Below are positions 52,863 through 64,000 of a stretch of 64,000 nucleotides of DNA, piece by piece. Origin of the DNA: Octopus sinensis. Taxonomy: Eukaryota. The translations under genes and the position numbers were made by a program. The notes beneath the pieces are model-generated. The model was not told where the DNA came from and did no database searches. It saw only the letters and a program-made list of their open reading frames with translations. Every line of letters starts with the position of its first letter. Position 1 is the stretch's first letter. The stretch lies in assembly GCF_006345805.1 (NCBI RefSeq), contig NC_043012.1, forward strand, positions 12,462,001 through 12,526,000, in the 5' to 3' direction.

Positions 52863-54682
52863 GCTGGTAGTGATGGTAGTGTACATGGTTTTGGTTTTCT
52901 AATTTACTCTTCGTTGTTTTTGAGCTTGGAATAATGTATAACAAGAACAACACTGGGAAATAATCTAGAGTGAGAGTGAGAGGGGAAAGAGAGAGAAGGA
53001 GGGAGAAAGAACAGTAAGTAGGGGCGTGTAGATGTTTTTTAAGTGAATGATATATATGCGGAAGGGGGAGATCACACGCGCACACACACGCGCACACACA
53101 GAGGGTGTGGAAAGAAAATGAAAGACCATGATAAAATGGAGAAGAGGAAGAGAAAAAGACGGAGAAGAAAACATACAGAAGTAACGTAGAGGGAAATAGA
53201 GAGGCGAAGAGGAGAGAAAGAGGAAGGATATGAAGTATGTGCCTGCGATTTATTAGATAACCAGTTTCTATGTCATATTTTCTATATTGCACATGTCAGA
53301 TCTTCATATGCATTTACTAATTAATTTCCTATCTTAAATTTAATCCGTGACCTACCGTTACTCTGTTGTTCACAGGCAAATAGCTGAATCGTCAGATCTT
53401 TGAATAACATGATTTGTTGTATTCTGACTTCAAATATACTGGAGTTAACTCTGTCTATCATAGATCGGGATTAATAAATATCAGTCCAATGCTTAGAACC
53501 TGTTCTTTTCTGGATTGTATGTAATTCAAACGCTCAGTCGTATTACATCACGTTATGTTGATTCGTCCGGGGAATCAGTTTAGGGTACGCGTCAATGAAA
53601 TAATCAGCTGTTTATTTATCACGGACACTAATTCAGTTTCGTCGAATAGCGAACAAGAGATTGCTGGTCATTGAAAATGACAGAGAAAAACAAAATATGA
53701 AACTAAAGACAAAAGGAGACAAATCATGTATGTGATCCCTGGATGAACCAGCAGCCCATTATATCTGAAATCACACGCAAGAAACTTATAGGATGCAATG
53801 GCACACTAAAAAAATATGTACAAATAGATGTATTCTTAGTAAATAAAAGCAGATTTGTTGGGGATGGAATACTCATTTTCAGAGATTTTCTTGCTCGGAA
53901 TTTATCTAACGATAAACCGGAACCAACAAGGTTTTTTACTGTTAAGTTCTTTCCCCTTATTTTCGGTGGTCGTAGTTTCCCCCTATTCTTTTACAAGTTA
54001 GAGTTGGTGAAGGGATACTTATGCTATCTCAAAGTTCACCAAGCTCACCTTGATTTTAGAGTATACACAGCTGACCTTCATGTTAGAAATCAGTATTGGT
54101 GTGCAAGGAGAAAACATTTCTTGAAGTTACTATACTTTCCTTAAGATTAAACATTGCTTAAAGGGTTTAGTTCAAGATCTTGAGATGAGTCGCCCCAAAG
54201 ATTACGGGGAAGGAAGATATAAGAGTGTCAAGAGTGCCATATGAGAGAGAGGTAGGGAGCTGAAGGACGAGAAGCAGTGTATGGATTTTGGTGATGAATG
54301 AAAAATTGCCATCCAATCAAACGCTTCTCTTTTGATTGCAATTAAGCTATTTACGCGAGCAGCATCAATGCTATCATAGCTAGATGAACTATTCTTCAGC
54401 GTACGTCTTAAGCAAAATTTTAAAGTTCTTCATTTAAAATATATTAAAACTATTCCTGAGGCTGATGCCATCATCATTAGAGTTGCCGCAAGATAATTAA
54501 GCTCATGATGGTTCTGAGGCCAACAACACGTCTAAAAGGATCTGTAAGTCAATGAAATCAGTCGTAACCGGAAATCATACGCACACACACATGCATATAT
54601 ATATACGCACACTCACACACACACACACACACACACTCACTCTCTCTCTCTCTCTCTCTATTTCTCTTTCACACACACACAC

Positions 54683-54734
<52 letters not shown>

Positions 54735-54967
54735 ACGAATGATTATACCTGGTAGCTTACTTGCCGATTTTGTGTGGCGACTGAAGGAAGGCAAAATTAA
54801 AACTTGGTCCATAATAAGGCACGCAAAACCATACAGTATCATTTCCAGGAGATGCCGACTCTGCTGCGAGGAATCCCTGTCTATTCTGTGGACCAATGAG
54901 AAAATTATAAATAGAATTTCTGAAAGATTCTCAAGATGCCTTTAAGCATATAAATATACTCTCGCAC
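54735..54967 (+). pseudogene. Penelope-like element GIY-YIG endonuclease C-terminal relic
   Basis: LADFVWRLKEGKIKTWSIIRHAKPYSIISRRCRLCCEESLSIL...INRISE..SRC matches the typical PLE C-terminus (HIW.LK...KWSI...AKPY....RC.LC.EEK..IL....NKRSE..S.CRH). Confidence 0.75.
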
Positions 54968-55469
54968 AATGCAGCGGAAATGAATTTGTATGACAGTTAA
55001 CATAATCTACTTTAAGGTATGGATGAATTAAGTTTAGCCTCTTCATTCTTATAAACACCAAGTAGCTATTTAACTCGCTTTGTGATTGTGAATGCACTAG
55101 ACCACACGTGTGCGTATTTTTACATTTTGGTGGCTGTTTGTATGAGCGAGTGTACACGCGCCACGCAGGTTGCGCGTGGGCGTTTATACAGCCACACTAG
55201 CATTTTAATTAATTTTCTCGCTGTATTGCGTGTTCGTTTCTTTTTTGCATCAGTGATTTTATTTTTGATCTTCTATATAAATGAAGATATATATACTCAG
55301 TTCTCTAACAACACAAGGAGTATTACAGCGATTGACGCTCCCTTCTTAATATTACAATCTAGACTTTTTGTATTTCGGGCTGAGTTGGGGTGGGAGTCAT
55401 AATAACACATTGTTTCAAGATAATTTTCTGGAAGTTTCTCATGAATAACTCAGCATATTACAGATAGTG

Positions 55470-55750
55470 AAGGCACAAAGCTCAGTGCTAAGAGCATCGG
55501 GTTGACAATCAAGAAGTAGTGAGTTCGATCCCCGGACCAGGCTGTGAGTTGTGTTCTTGAGCAAGACACTTTATTTCCTGTTGCTTCAGTTGAGTCAGCT
55601 GCAAAAATGAGTTGTGATGTGACTGGTGCCAAGCTGTATCAGCCTTTGCCTTTCCCTTGGATAACGTGGGAGGCTGCTAGGCATAGATGACTGCTAGTCT
55701 TCCATAAACAACCTTACCAGGACTTGGGCCTCGGTTGGTAACTTTCGAAA
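55470..55750 (+). mobile_element. tRNA-derived SINE family C (minus-strand relics at 27540-27748 and 35430-35615)
   Basis: GCTCAGTGCTAAGAGC...GAGTTCGATCCC head, TTGAGCAAGACACT core, GGTGCCAAGCTGTATCAGCC body. Confidence 0.75.
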
Positions 55751-55838
55751 AGAGCCTTTACCCCTATTGTCTCTATACTCCTGGAGCTCTATGCATATAT
55801 ACATATTTGTCTTATTGTGTATGATTTATATTTTACAG

Positions 55839-55939
55839 GTGAAATCATATTTGACGTAATGGGACAATTCCCAACGGAAATGAGTCGGGTGACCGATGTT
55901 TTGTCTGAAGCCTTAATTTCAACAAGAAACTCTAAAAAT
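55839..55939 (+). CDS. ECT2L: ECT2L coding exon 13 (GEIIFDVMGQFPTEMSRVTDVLSEALISTRNSKN); gene continues beyond the window
   Basis: tatattttacAG / GTAAGT; matches recalled GQFMFDTMG...ALADGL; phase 1-0. No further exon with a compatible frame was found before 64000. Confidence 0.83.
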
Positions 55940-56333
55940 GTAAGTAATTTTCAATGTCATGACGTATGTGCTAAGAACTGTTGACCAAGAAACCCTTGTT
56001 TATGCAAACAAAAACCCCATGTGTCTTTGTGTGTGTGAATGTGGAGGAGAAAAGAAGGAAAACAAAAAAAGAAGAGGAAGAAAAAGGTGACGACAAGAAG
56101 AATGGGAGAGAGAGAAAAATGTGATTGTAGCGCATGCCGTCCTATGGCTATCATGGAGACGCTAATGCATCCGAGTTTTCCAATTCTTCTCAAGGCAAAT
56201 CAGCAAGTGCATGATACGTATGTAGGGGCAGTTTTGCAGCCATTCACATTTGCTTTATAAGTTTAAAATCAACGTTTGTTTTCTAATAGAGAGAAAGTAA
56301 CTCCGCCACACTGACGTATGATATATGTACGTG

Positions 56334-56365
<32 letters not shown>

Positions 56366-56386
56366 ATATACAAGCAAACACACACA

Positions 56387-56492
<106 letters not shown>

Positions 56493-57352
56493 AAAGGTGG
56501 GGTTAATAAGGGATTAACCCCCCTTTGAGGAATACGATCCATGAGGAATACGTCTTCAGCTCACTATAAATAAAAGTGCAGCAGGCAAAGGAAGGAGTCT
56601 TGTGATCGGTATTGTACTCCAGATAATCCGAGATCAAAGTCCATCACCGGTCAAATTTATAAGTCTATAGTTCCATTGCAAAGCTAATACGCTTCATTCT
56701 TTACTGAGTGATAACGTAAAATAGACAGAACTAGTGGGTTATACATACTTATTGTATTTATTATAGCTTACAGCTGTTTCAGATATGCATTTCGGTGTGT
56801 TTGTAGTTCCCTATATTTCCAGAGGTTCGATCGATTGATAGATAAGATTGAACTTTGTACATGTTATAATATATTTAATTTGATGTGTAGGGCTTTCTTC
56901 AACAAGATATTGTTGGGAAACATTATTCGTACTAATGCATCACCCTTTTAAACTCATGCTGCGAATTTAAGTCAAAACGACTAGAAAGAGACATACATCT
57001 CTGATGAGTCCCGGGATCATTGGGGGAAAACATTAATATGAAATTCCACCAATTCATTTCCTTCTTGGCTGCCATAAATCGCCAATGTTTTTATAGAATG
57101 AAGATTTGGAATGTATTCGTGTTGATTTTATGAGTTTGATAACAGCAGCACGGTTTTCGTGATGAAATAATTGCAAATGTAATGTATTCTTTGTGCCTGA
57201 AAATAAGGTGATGAAAGTGTTATTAATATTTAAATATCGGTTTCGCAGCTGAATATTAATCGTGCATTTTATTTTCACGGCGCTTCTCATTATCTCTATC
57301 CCCGGTTCTTCGCCATGATGATCATAAACAAAAACAAACAAAAAAAGTGATA

Positions 57353-58049
57353 ACCATCATCATCATCGTCATCATCCTCATCATCATCATCATCATCGTC
57401 GTCGTCGTCGTCGTCGTCATCATCATCGTCGTCGTCGATGTCGACGCCGTCATCATCATCATCATCATTTCTTCCACCAACCTCATCTTCCTCATCATCA
57501 ACACCATTAATCTTTATCAGCATTATCATCTTAATTGATCTCAGCTTCCCCATCATCAGTAAATTCATCAGTTTTACTAGACTGATATAGTCATTAAAAG
57601 TATAGCACTCTTCATCGTCATCAATCAATACACATATCAACTTTCTCATCAGCGCGGTCATTTCCAATAATTTTATTTTTATCATCATCACATCGGGCAA
57701 ACTGCATAGCAGCAGTTATTCCAATTCTTAACGTTGTGGTTTCAAATTCTTCCGAAGTCGACAGAGTTGTTCATCCTTTGAAGGACGACGAAATATGTAC
57801 AAGTTGAGGGGACCGGTGTATTCGACAAAATCTCTCTCTCCGTGTTAATTGCTGGTCTTGTACCAAAATTAGAAACCATAAACATCATCATCATCATTGT
57901 CATCATCTTCATCATCATCATCATCACCATCATCATCATCACCACCATCCACCATCCACCTCCTTCTCCTCCTCCTCCTCCTCCTCCTCATCATCATCAT
58001 CATCATCACCATTATCATCCTCACTACCACCACCATCATCATCATCATC

Positions 58050-58091
<42 letters not shown>

Positions 58092-58110
58092 GTTGTCGTC
58101 GTTGTCATCA
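57353..58110. repeat. (CAT)n/(CGT)n/(CCT)n trinucleotide blocks (57353-57470 and 57880-58110)
   Basis: Direct reading; source of the poly-D/H/M/I ORFs. Confidence 0.9.
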
Positions 58111-59539
58111 TTATCTCATCATCACTTTTATGATGCTGATGATGATAAAAGTATGCATATATTTATGAATACACAAACACATTCTCCCCGCACAGATATA
58201 AAAGCACACACGCGATCACACGCGCACACATCAGCACACATATACAAACAAATATCCACCCGTCCCTTCTGACAATGAGCATTCAGCTCTCAGATCCCTT
58301 GAGATAAATACTTTTTCGTTGGAAATAGCTTGTAAGTTGCTAAGTATTTCTCAAAACCCTTGACATTTAACATAATCCTGGGGCTGGATCTGACATTCAA
58401 ACAGCATGCATATCTAGCCTCGTTTATCACTGGTGTTTCGTCCCAAAAGTCACAGTAAATAAACGAATTTGTGATAAATGGATCATCTCCAAGTACTTGG
58501 TAAATGGAACAAATTATTAGACTCATTGACACAAATATCGTGCATCACAGCAGTGAAACTTCAAACGTTACGTATTTCCTTGATAATCTCCTGTAGAAAC
58601 AGCACCCATATACCTCGTACTTATCTTTGTACTTTTTCTGCTCACTAATCTTCGTATTTTTTCTCTTCACAAGTACATAAATCCGTATAAATGTACGCAG
58701 CCTCTCATTACACATGTAAATACAAGCGATACTCAAAAGATTTTGAATAGATGAGAAGTTTGTGTGTGGTCACTGAGGCATTATTTTGCGAAAGAAGCAG
58801 AAATTTCGTCTGATTACAGATTTGTGTTATCACAGTCTATTATGCAACAAACATAACATGCTTGACATATGAATGTGCAGTGTTATCTCACATCAGTCTT
58901 AAATGAATAAACGACAAACGAGGATCCATGTACAATCTATCTGACGAATTTCAAAAGAGTTTCTGTTCGAACATTTCCCTCTCAAACTTTGGACAGATAC
59001 GATATTGCATAAAATTGTTTTTTTGAAAATTCACGCTCTGGGTTCGAACACGCGACCTCGTAATTGTGAGATCATGCATGAACACACCCGTTCTAATTCT
59101 AAGTCAATTGCCTAAGATTAACTTAAAGTTATCGATTTCCAACATTAGAAGTCGGTTCAATAATTTTTAAGCATGACCGATTATAACATATGAAAGAAAG
59201 TGTTTGAAAATTTATTATTTTTTATTTGATAGTTCCGAGTTCAGTCCCCACTACGTGACATCCTTGGTAACAGTCTTCTAATACGAATGTATGTATGTAT
59301 GTATTATGTATGTACGTATTATGTATATATGTATGTATGTATGTATGTATTTGATTTTGATTTTGATTTTTCCAGTTTCAGCTCATAAGCTGTGGCCATG
59401 CTGGGTCATTGTCTCCCCGTTTATTCTCCACTCTCTATCCATTCTTTCCGAGTGTTAAGCTAATATACTAACTTGTTCCTTCAATGGTCCTCGTCCTTTA
59501 TTTCATGTAAATTTCAACTATATATATATATATATATAT

Positions 59540-60060
59540 GGTGACTGCCCCCTCGTTATCGAGTGTTGTTATCTTGCAATGCCTGTGCAAGAAGATATTT
59601 TTTTAAGTGAAGAAAGGCTGTGCACTGAGTCAATCCCACACACTAAGCAACAGCAGCCATAATCCGAAAAGAAGAACAAGTCAACATCATCGGTAACCAC
59701 TGAGCCGCAGGTTTTATGTTGGAGTTATACCAGTTACCTGAGTTGCCTTCTCCTAGTAGGATGCCCTGACAAAGGCTAGGAGTCCTTCACTCCCAATGGT
59801 TTAACTGCGCGATCGGGTATTCAATCCGATTATTTCTATGTCCCCGCGCATGATACAGCTTTAAGACATTTATTGGATGGCCGTTTACTCTCAAGAGTTC
59901 CTCCGCCCTTTGACGGGTTTTGTTTTTCATCCCGCATGACCAATAAACACCCTCCTCACCAAGCGAGCTTGGTGGGGTTGCCGGTTTAGTCACCGACGAC
60001 CCGACCACGCAACAGGTAGTACTGGGTTACATGTTACCAGTAGCACTCGAAAGTGACCTG
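59540..60060 (-). mobile_element. Probable RTE-clade retroelement 5' region
   Basis: GC-richer block with GGGCATCCTACTAGGAGAAGGCAACT, resembling recalled RTE 5' UTR motifs; no ORF retained. Confidence 0.4.
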
Positions 60061-60067
60061 ACATACG

Positions 60068-60156
<89 letters not shown>

Positions 60157-60454
60157 TATGTATATATATAATAAATATATATACACACACATGCACACTC
60201 TGACTAAATTTGGGTTAGTGGATTCAAATGGTACTTTGGACTTGTTCTTCAGATGTTCAAAACGTTCGATCTTATCTACATTCACTAATGAAAACGTTTT
60301 TTTTTTTTGCATGATGAACAGTTATATTCATAAAAATGCACGTCTGAAACATCTGTAGTAAATCATAATATATCTGATGTCATTTGTTTGTAGAAGCAAA
60401 GGCACACATATTTACACATATACATAAATACAAGAATAGAAAGATCGATAGAGG

Positions 60455-60484
<30 letters not shown>

Positions 60485-60489
<5 letters not shown>

Positions 60490-60854
60490 ATATATAAACG
60501 GCAGTTTGTCTGTGCGTGTTTCTGTGTGTCTGTTTGCTTGTACCCTCACCCTGACCACGGCTTTCAACCGATTCTGATGAAACTTGACACACACATAGCC
60601 CAATGTCATAATTCAAAACTAACGCAGCGAAAATTTTGAAAAGTTCCCCCAGTTCTGAAAAAAATCGATAAAATCGACATGGGGTCGAGAATCAGAAACA
60701 CAAACCGCAAACTGTCTAGGGGACGCAACTCAACCTTTTTTAACTCAAAAAAAATTTACCATCATTTTTTTGCTATTTTTTGGCTATAACTCTCTAAAAA
60801 TGCTTTATAGTTATTTCCCTTAAAAACCTGAGCAACGCCGGGCGATACTGCTAG
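60485..60854 (+). mobile_element. Non-autonomous Helitron (different 5' body)
   Basis: A|TCTCTATATATAAA ... GAGCAACGCCGGGCGATACTGCTAG|T. Confidence 0.75.
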
Positions 60855-61490
60855 TATATATATATATGTATGTATATATACATATATTTAAGAGAGAGAT
60901 GGGTACGTTGTCTGTCTGACTTTGTAATTGTGTTTAGTCTTCAGCGCCACTTGACAGCAGAAACCGGTTTATTTAAGTCCCCGTGACTTAGCGGATTATT
61001 ATAAATGATTCATAGAATAAGTACGAGGCCTTAAAATTAAGTACTGTGGTCGGTTCGTTCAACTAAAATCCATCTAGGTGGCACCACATCTTTGCTTCAG
61101 TGCAATGATTGAAACAAATAAAAGATATTGCAATTATCGAACCCCGCTAGTACGGAAGGAAGTTTAAGCACGATGTAATTGAAATTCACATATGATAGAC
61201 ACTCTAACGGATATTGCCATACTTCAATCTAGTCACGTAATGTTTTAGTAAAGTACGTTACACACACAGTGCCTTTTACTACGATTTTTCCCATAAATAA
61301 GAATGATGAGAATTTTTGTCTGAATGTGAAAGAAATTTATAACCTAGAGTGATACTGAGATTTAGCTTATCAACCTCCGTGGGAATAGAGCTCCAGTCTA
61401 ATCTCATAAGAATTTTCATGATTGAAGCTGGAGGAATTATGGTAAACAAACTATAACCTATTTAATCCACACTTGTTCTATGTTAACCTC

Positions 61491-61559
<69 letters not shown>

Positions 61560-62112
61560 AAAGATGTCGTGACTTGCTGCTCACAGTCCTGAGTTTAGTG
61601 TTCATTTATCTCTGTTAAATTATAGCTCTTAATTCTAGTAAATGTAGGTGCTATTTTGTATCCTTATTAATTAAATTTACCTTTTTGGTTTTAATTGTTA
61701 TAGTCACCTATATTATAATGTATTTACTATATCTTAATATATTCATATGTTATTATAATATCATATTGTATGTTAGGTATATTGGTTTGGCAATGTCAAA
61801 TTGAAAAAAACCAGCATTTTCGATACCTCCTTTTTATATTATTTATATATTATATTATTTTATATCTATATATACATATAAGTATACATACACACACGCA
61901 CACACACACACATATGAATATACATGTGTGTTTGTATATATATATATTATATATATATATAATATATATATATATACAAACACACATGTATATTCATATG
62001 TGTGTGTGTGCGTGTGTGTATGTATACTTATATGTATATATAGATATAAAATAATATAAATAATATATACGCATATATACATACGAGTATTTACATACAT
62101 CTATACGTATAT

Positions 62113-62198
<86 letters not shown>

Positions 62199-62856
62199 TA
62201 TGTAGGCAAAGGATGTCACGAAACGTGTACAACAATAAACTATGAAGTACGAGTACATGGAATATGAACAATTTGTTCGAACAACGAAAGACACAAATGG
62301 AAACCAGACGAACAACATAAGGAACGAACTTTCCTCAGTTGTTGGCTGTCATTCTACTCTCGTATTTCGAGCATTTAACAACAATATACTCTTTCGATAA
62401 AACAGTTGCTCTCGCAAAGCAAATTAAATAAGATTTGAGATTTTGCGGACGGGGAAAATTGGTAACATAAACAGAATAGTGAAGACTATCAGGGAGGATT
62501 GCTAAGTCTAAACGAGGTTGTGGGGTGAACGTGTAAATAAAGATTGGACTGGAGACAGACAAGAAGATGTTTTACTTCTTCCAGCTACTACCGAGAGAAC
62601 GAAACACTAGTTAGGAGAAGAAAGAAAGATGGCCGATGTTCATGGCGGAACCACGTGAGCAACGGGGGAGGAGTGAGGTAGAGGGAGTGACGGAGTAATA
62701 AGATAGAATAGTGGGAAAAGAGGAGGTAAAAGAATAAGAGAGAGAAAGAGAGAAAAACGAATGAGAAAGAAGATCGTATACAGTGCACATCAGAATTATT
62801 AGGATAAAATTTACATGGAAGAGTATGCGAGGCGTTCAATCATGATAATATAAATA

Positions 62857-62949
<93 letters not shown>

Positions 62950-63118
62950 ATATATACATCCGTATATGTACATATTATATCTATACGTATGCATATATAT
63001 ATATATACATATGGGCATAGGATGTCACGGAACTTGAACAACAAAAAATACGAATCAGTTGTACATGGAATATGAAGTATTTTTTCGAACAAATAGTATG
63101 TATATATATATATATATG

Positions 63119-63156
<38 letters not shown>

Positions 63157-63310
63157 TGTGTCTGTGTCTGTGTAAGTATGTATGTATATATGTATGTTTG
63201 TATGAATATATATGTATGTGAGTGAGAGAGAGAGAGAGTGCAATTCATTAAATACATATATCTTTGTATGTTTGATTGTTAATATGTATATATATACACG
63301 TATATATATG

Positions 63311-64000
63311 TTGGGTTGGCAACTAAATTCCCACCATTATTTTGAATTTTAATTTTTTAAAAGGTTTAATAAAAATAACTAATTAATCAATAATGTATTC
63401 ACCCTTGTTGTTTACAACTTCTTCCTAACGTTCAACAAGATTTTTAATACCTCGTTGGTAGAAATCATCCGATTTCCACTCGAAAAATTGATCCAACGAA
63501 GCTCTCAATTTTGCATCAGTATGGAATGAAATACCGCGCATAGCATTTGAAAGAGATCGAAAGAGGTGGAAATCCGTTGGTGCAAAATCAGGAGAGTACG
63601 GCAGGTGCGTCAGCACTTCCCAGCCATGCGTTTCAATGGCTTCCTTGGTATTATTGGCGATATGAGGGCGGGTGTTGTCATGCAGCAGAAGAACTCTATA
63701 CTTCCGATTAGGTCTTTTCTCTTGAATAGCCGCGTTGAGTAGATCCATCTGTTGAACATAGTTCTCTGTTGACTGTTTTGTTCCGTTCAAGCATTTGTAA
63801 TGGATAATCTCTTCCCTGTCCCAACATACGCGTAACATCGTTTTACGCGGATGAAGATCTTGATTCGTGCGCGGTGTTGCTTGTTTACCAGGGCTAAGCC
63901 ATTCCTTACGCTGGTTCATATTGATGTACAGGTACCATGTTTAGTCGCCAGTAACGATTCGTTAAAGAAATGGTTGCTTGTGTCCATGAGCTGAACGATA
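63311..64000 (-). mobile_element. Mariner transposase pseudogene with TIR, truncated by the window end
   Basis: IVTGD, LLHDNTRPH, HLPYSPDFAPTDFHLF (D,D34D-type) motifs with stop/frameshifts; TIR TTGGGTTGGCAAC at 63311. Confidence 0.9.

Noticed and set aside
53743-54144. 133-aa ORF in the long intron
   Set aside because: No recognisable motif or splice context; plausible by chance.
57001-57040. Hammerhead motif CTGATGAGTCCC...GAAAAC
   Set aside because: Stem II base is G.G and no stem III or UH site with a matching stem I can be drawn.
58290-58736. Minus-strand ORFs or a further ECT2L exon
   Set aside because: Plus-strand acceptors give immediate stops in phase 0; minus peptides have no recognisable family.

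Overview
AT-rich, microsatellite-dense eukaryotic genomic DNA. The tRNA-derived SINE families present suggest an octopus genome (inference from recalled repeat families, not a database search). The only protein-coding gene I can support is a plus-strand ECT2L orthologue. I reconstructed 13 coding exons by hand between 17694 and 55939. All have GT-AG boundaries and compatible phases, giving 1857 nt / 619 codons that cover the F-box and DUF4347 regions. The RhoGEF DH-PH part must lie beyond the window. The rest is intron or intergenic DNA filled with about four SINE families, non-autonomous Helitrons, mariner/Tc1 relics, LINE fragments (L1/Tx1-like, R4-like RLE, RTE-like, CR1/L2-like), a Penelope GIY-YIG relic and microsatellites. 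Nearly all ORFs in the supplied track are microsatellite artefacts. The most unusual signal is a set of Penelope-like fold-back elements beside (TA)n tracts that carry type I hammerhead-ribozyme motifs together with their own antisense copy. The best case is a 246-bp-arm palindrome at 51414-51910 in an ECT2L intron. Its right arm folds into a hammerhead with an intact core, which the upstream arm could mask in the pre-mRNA. All RNA folds were made by eye and are untested.
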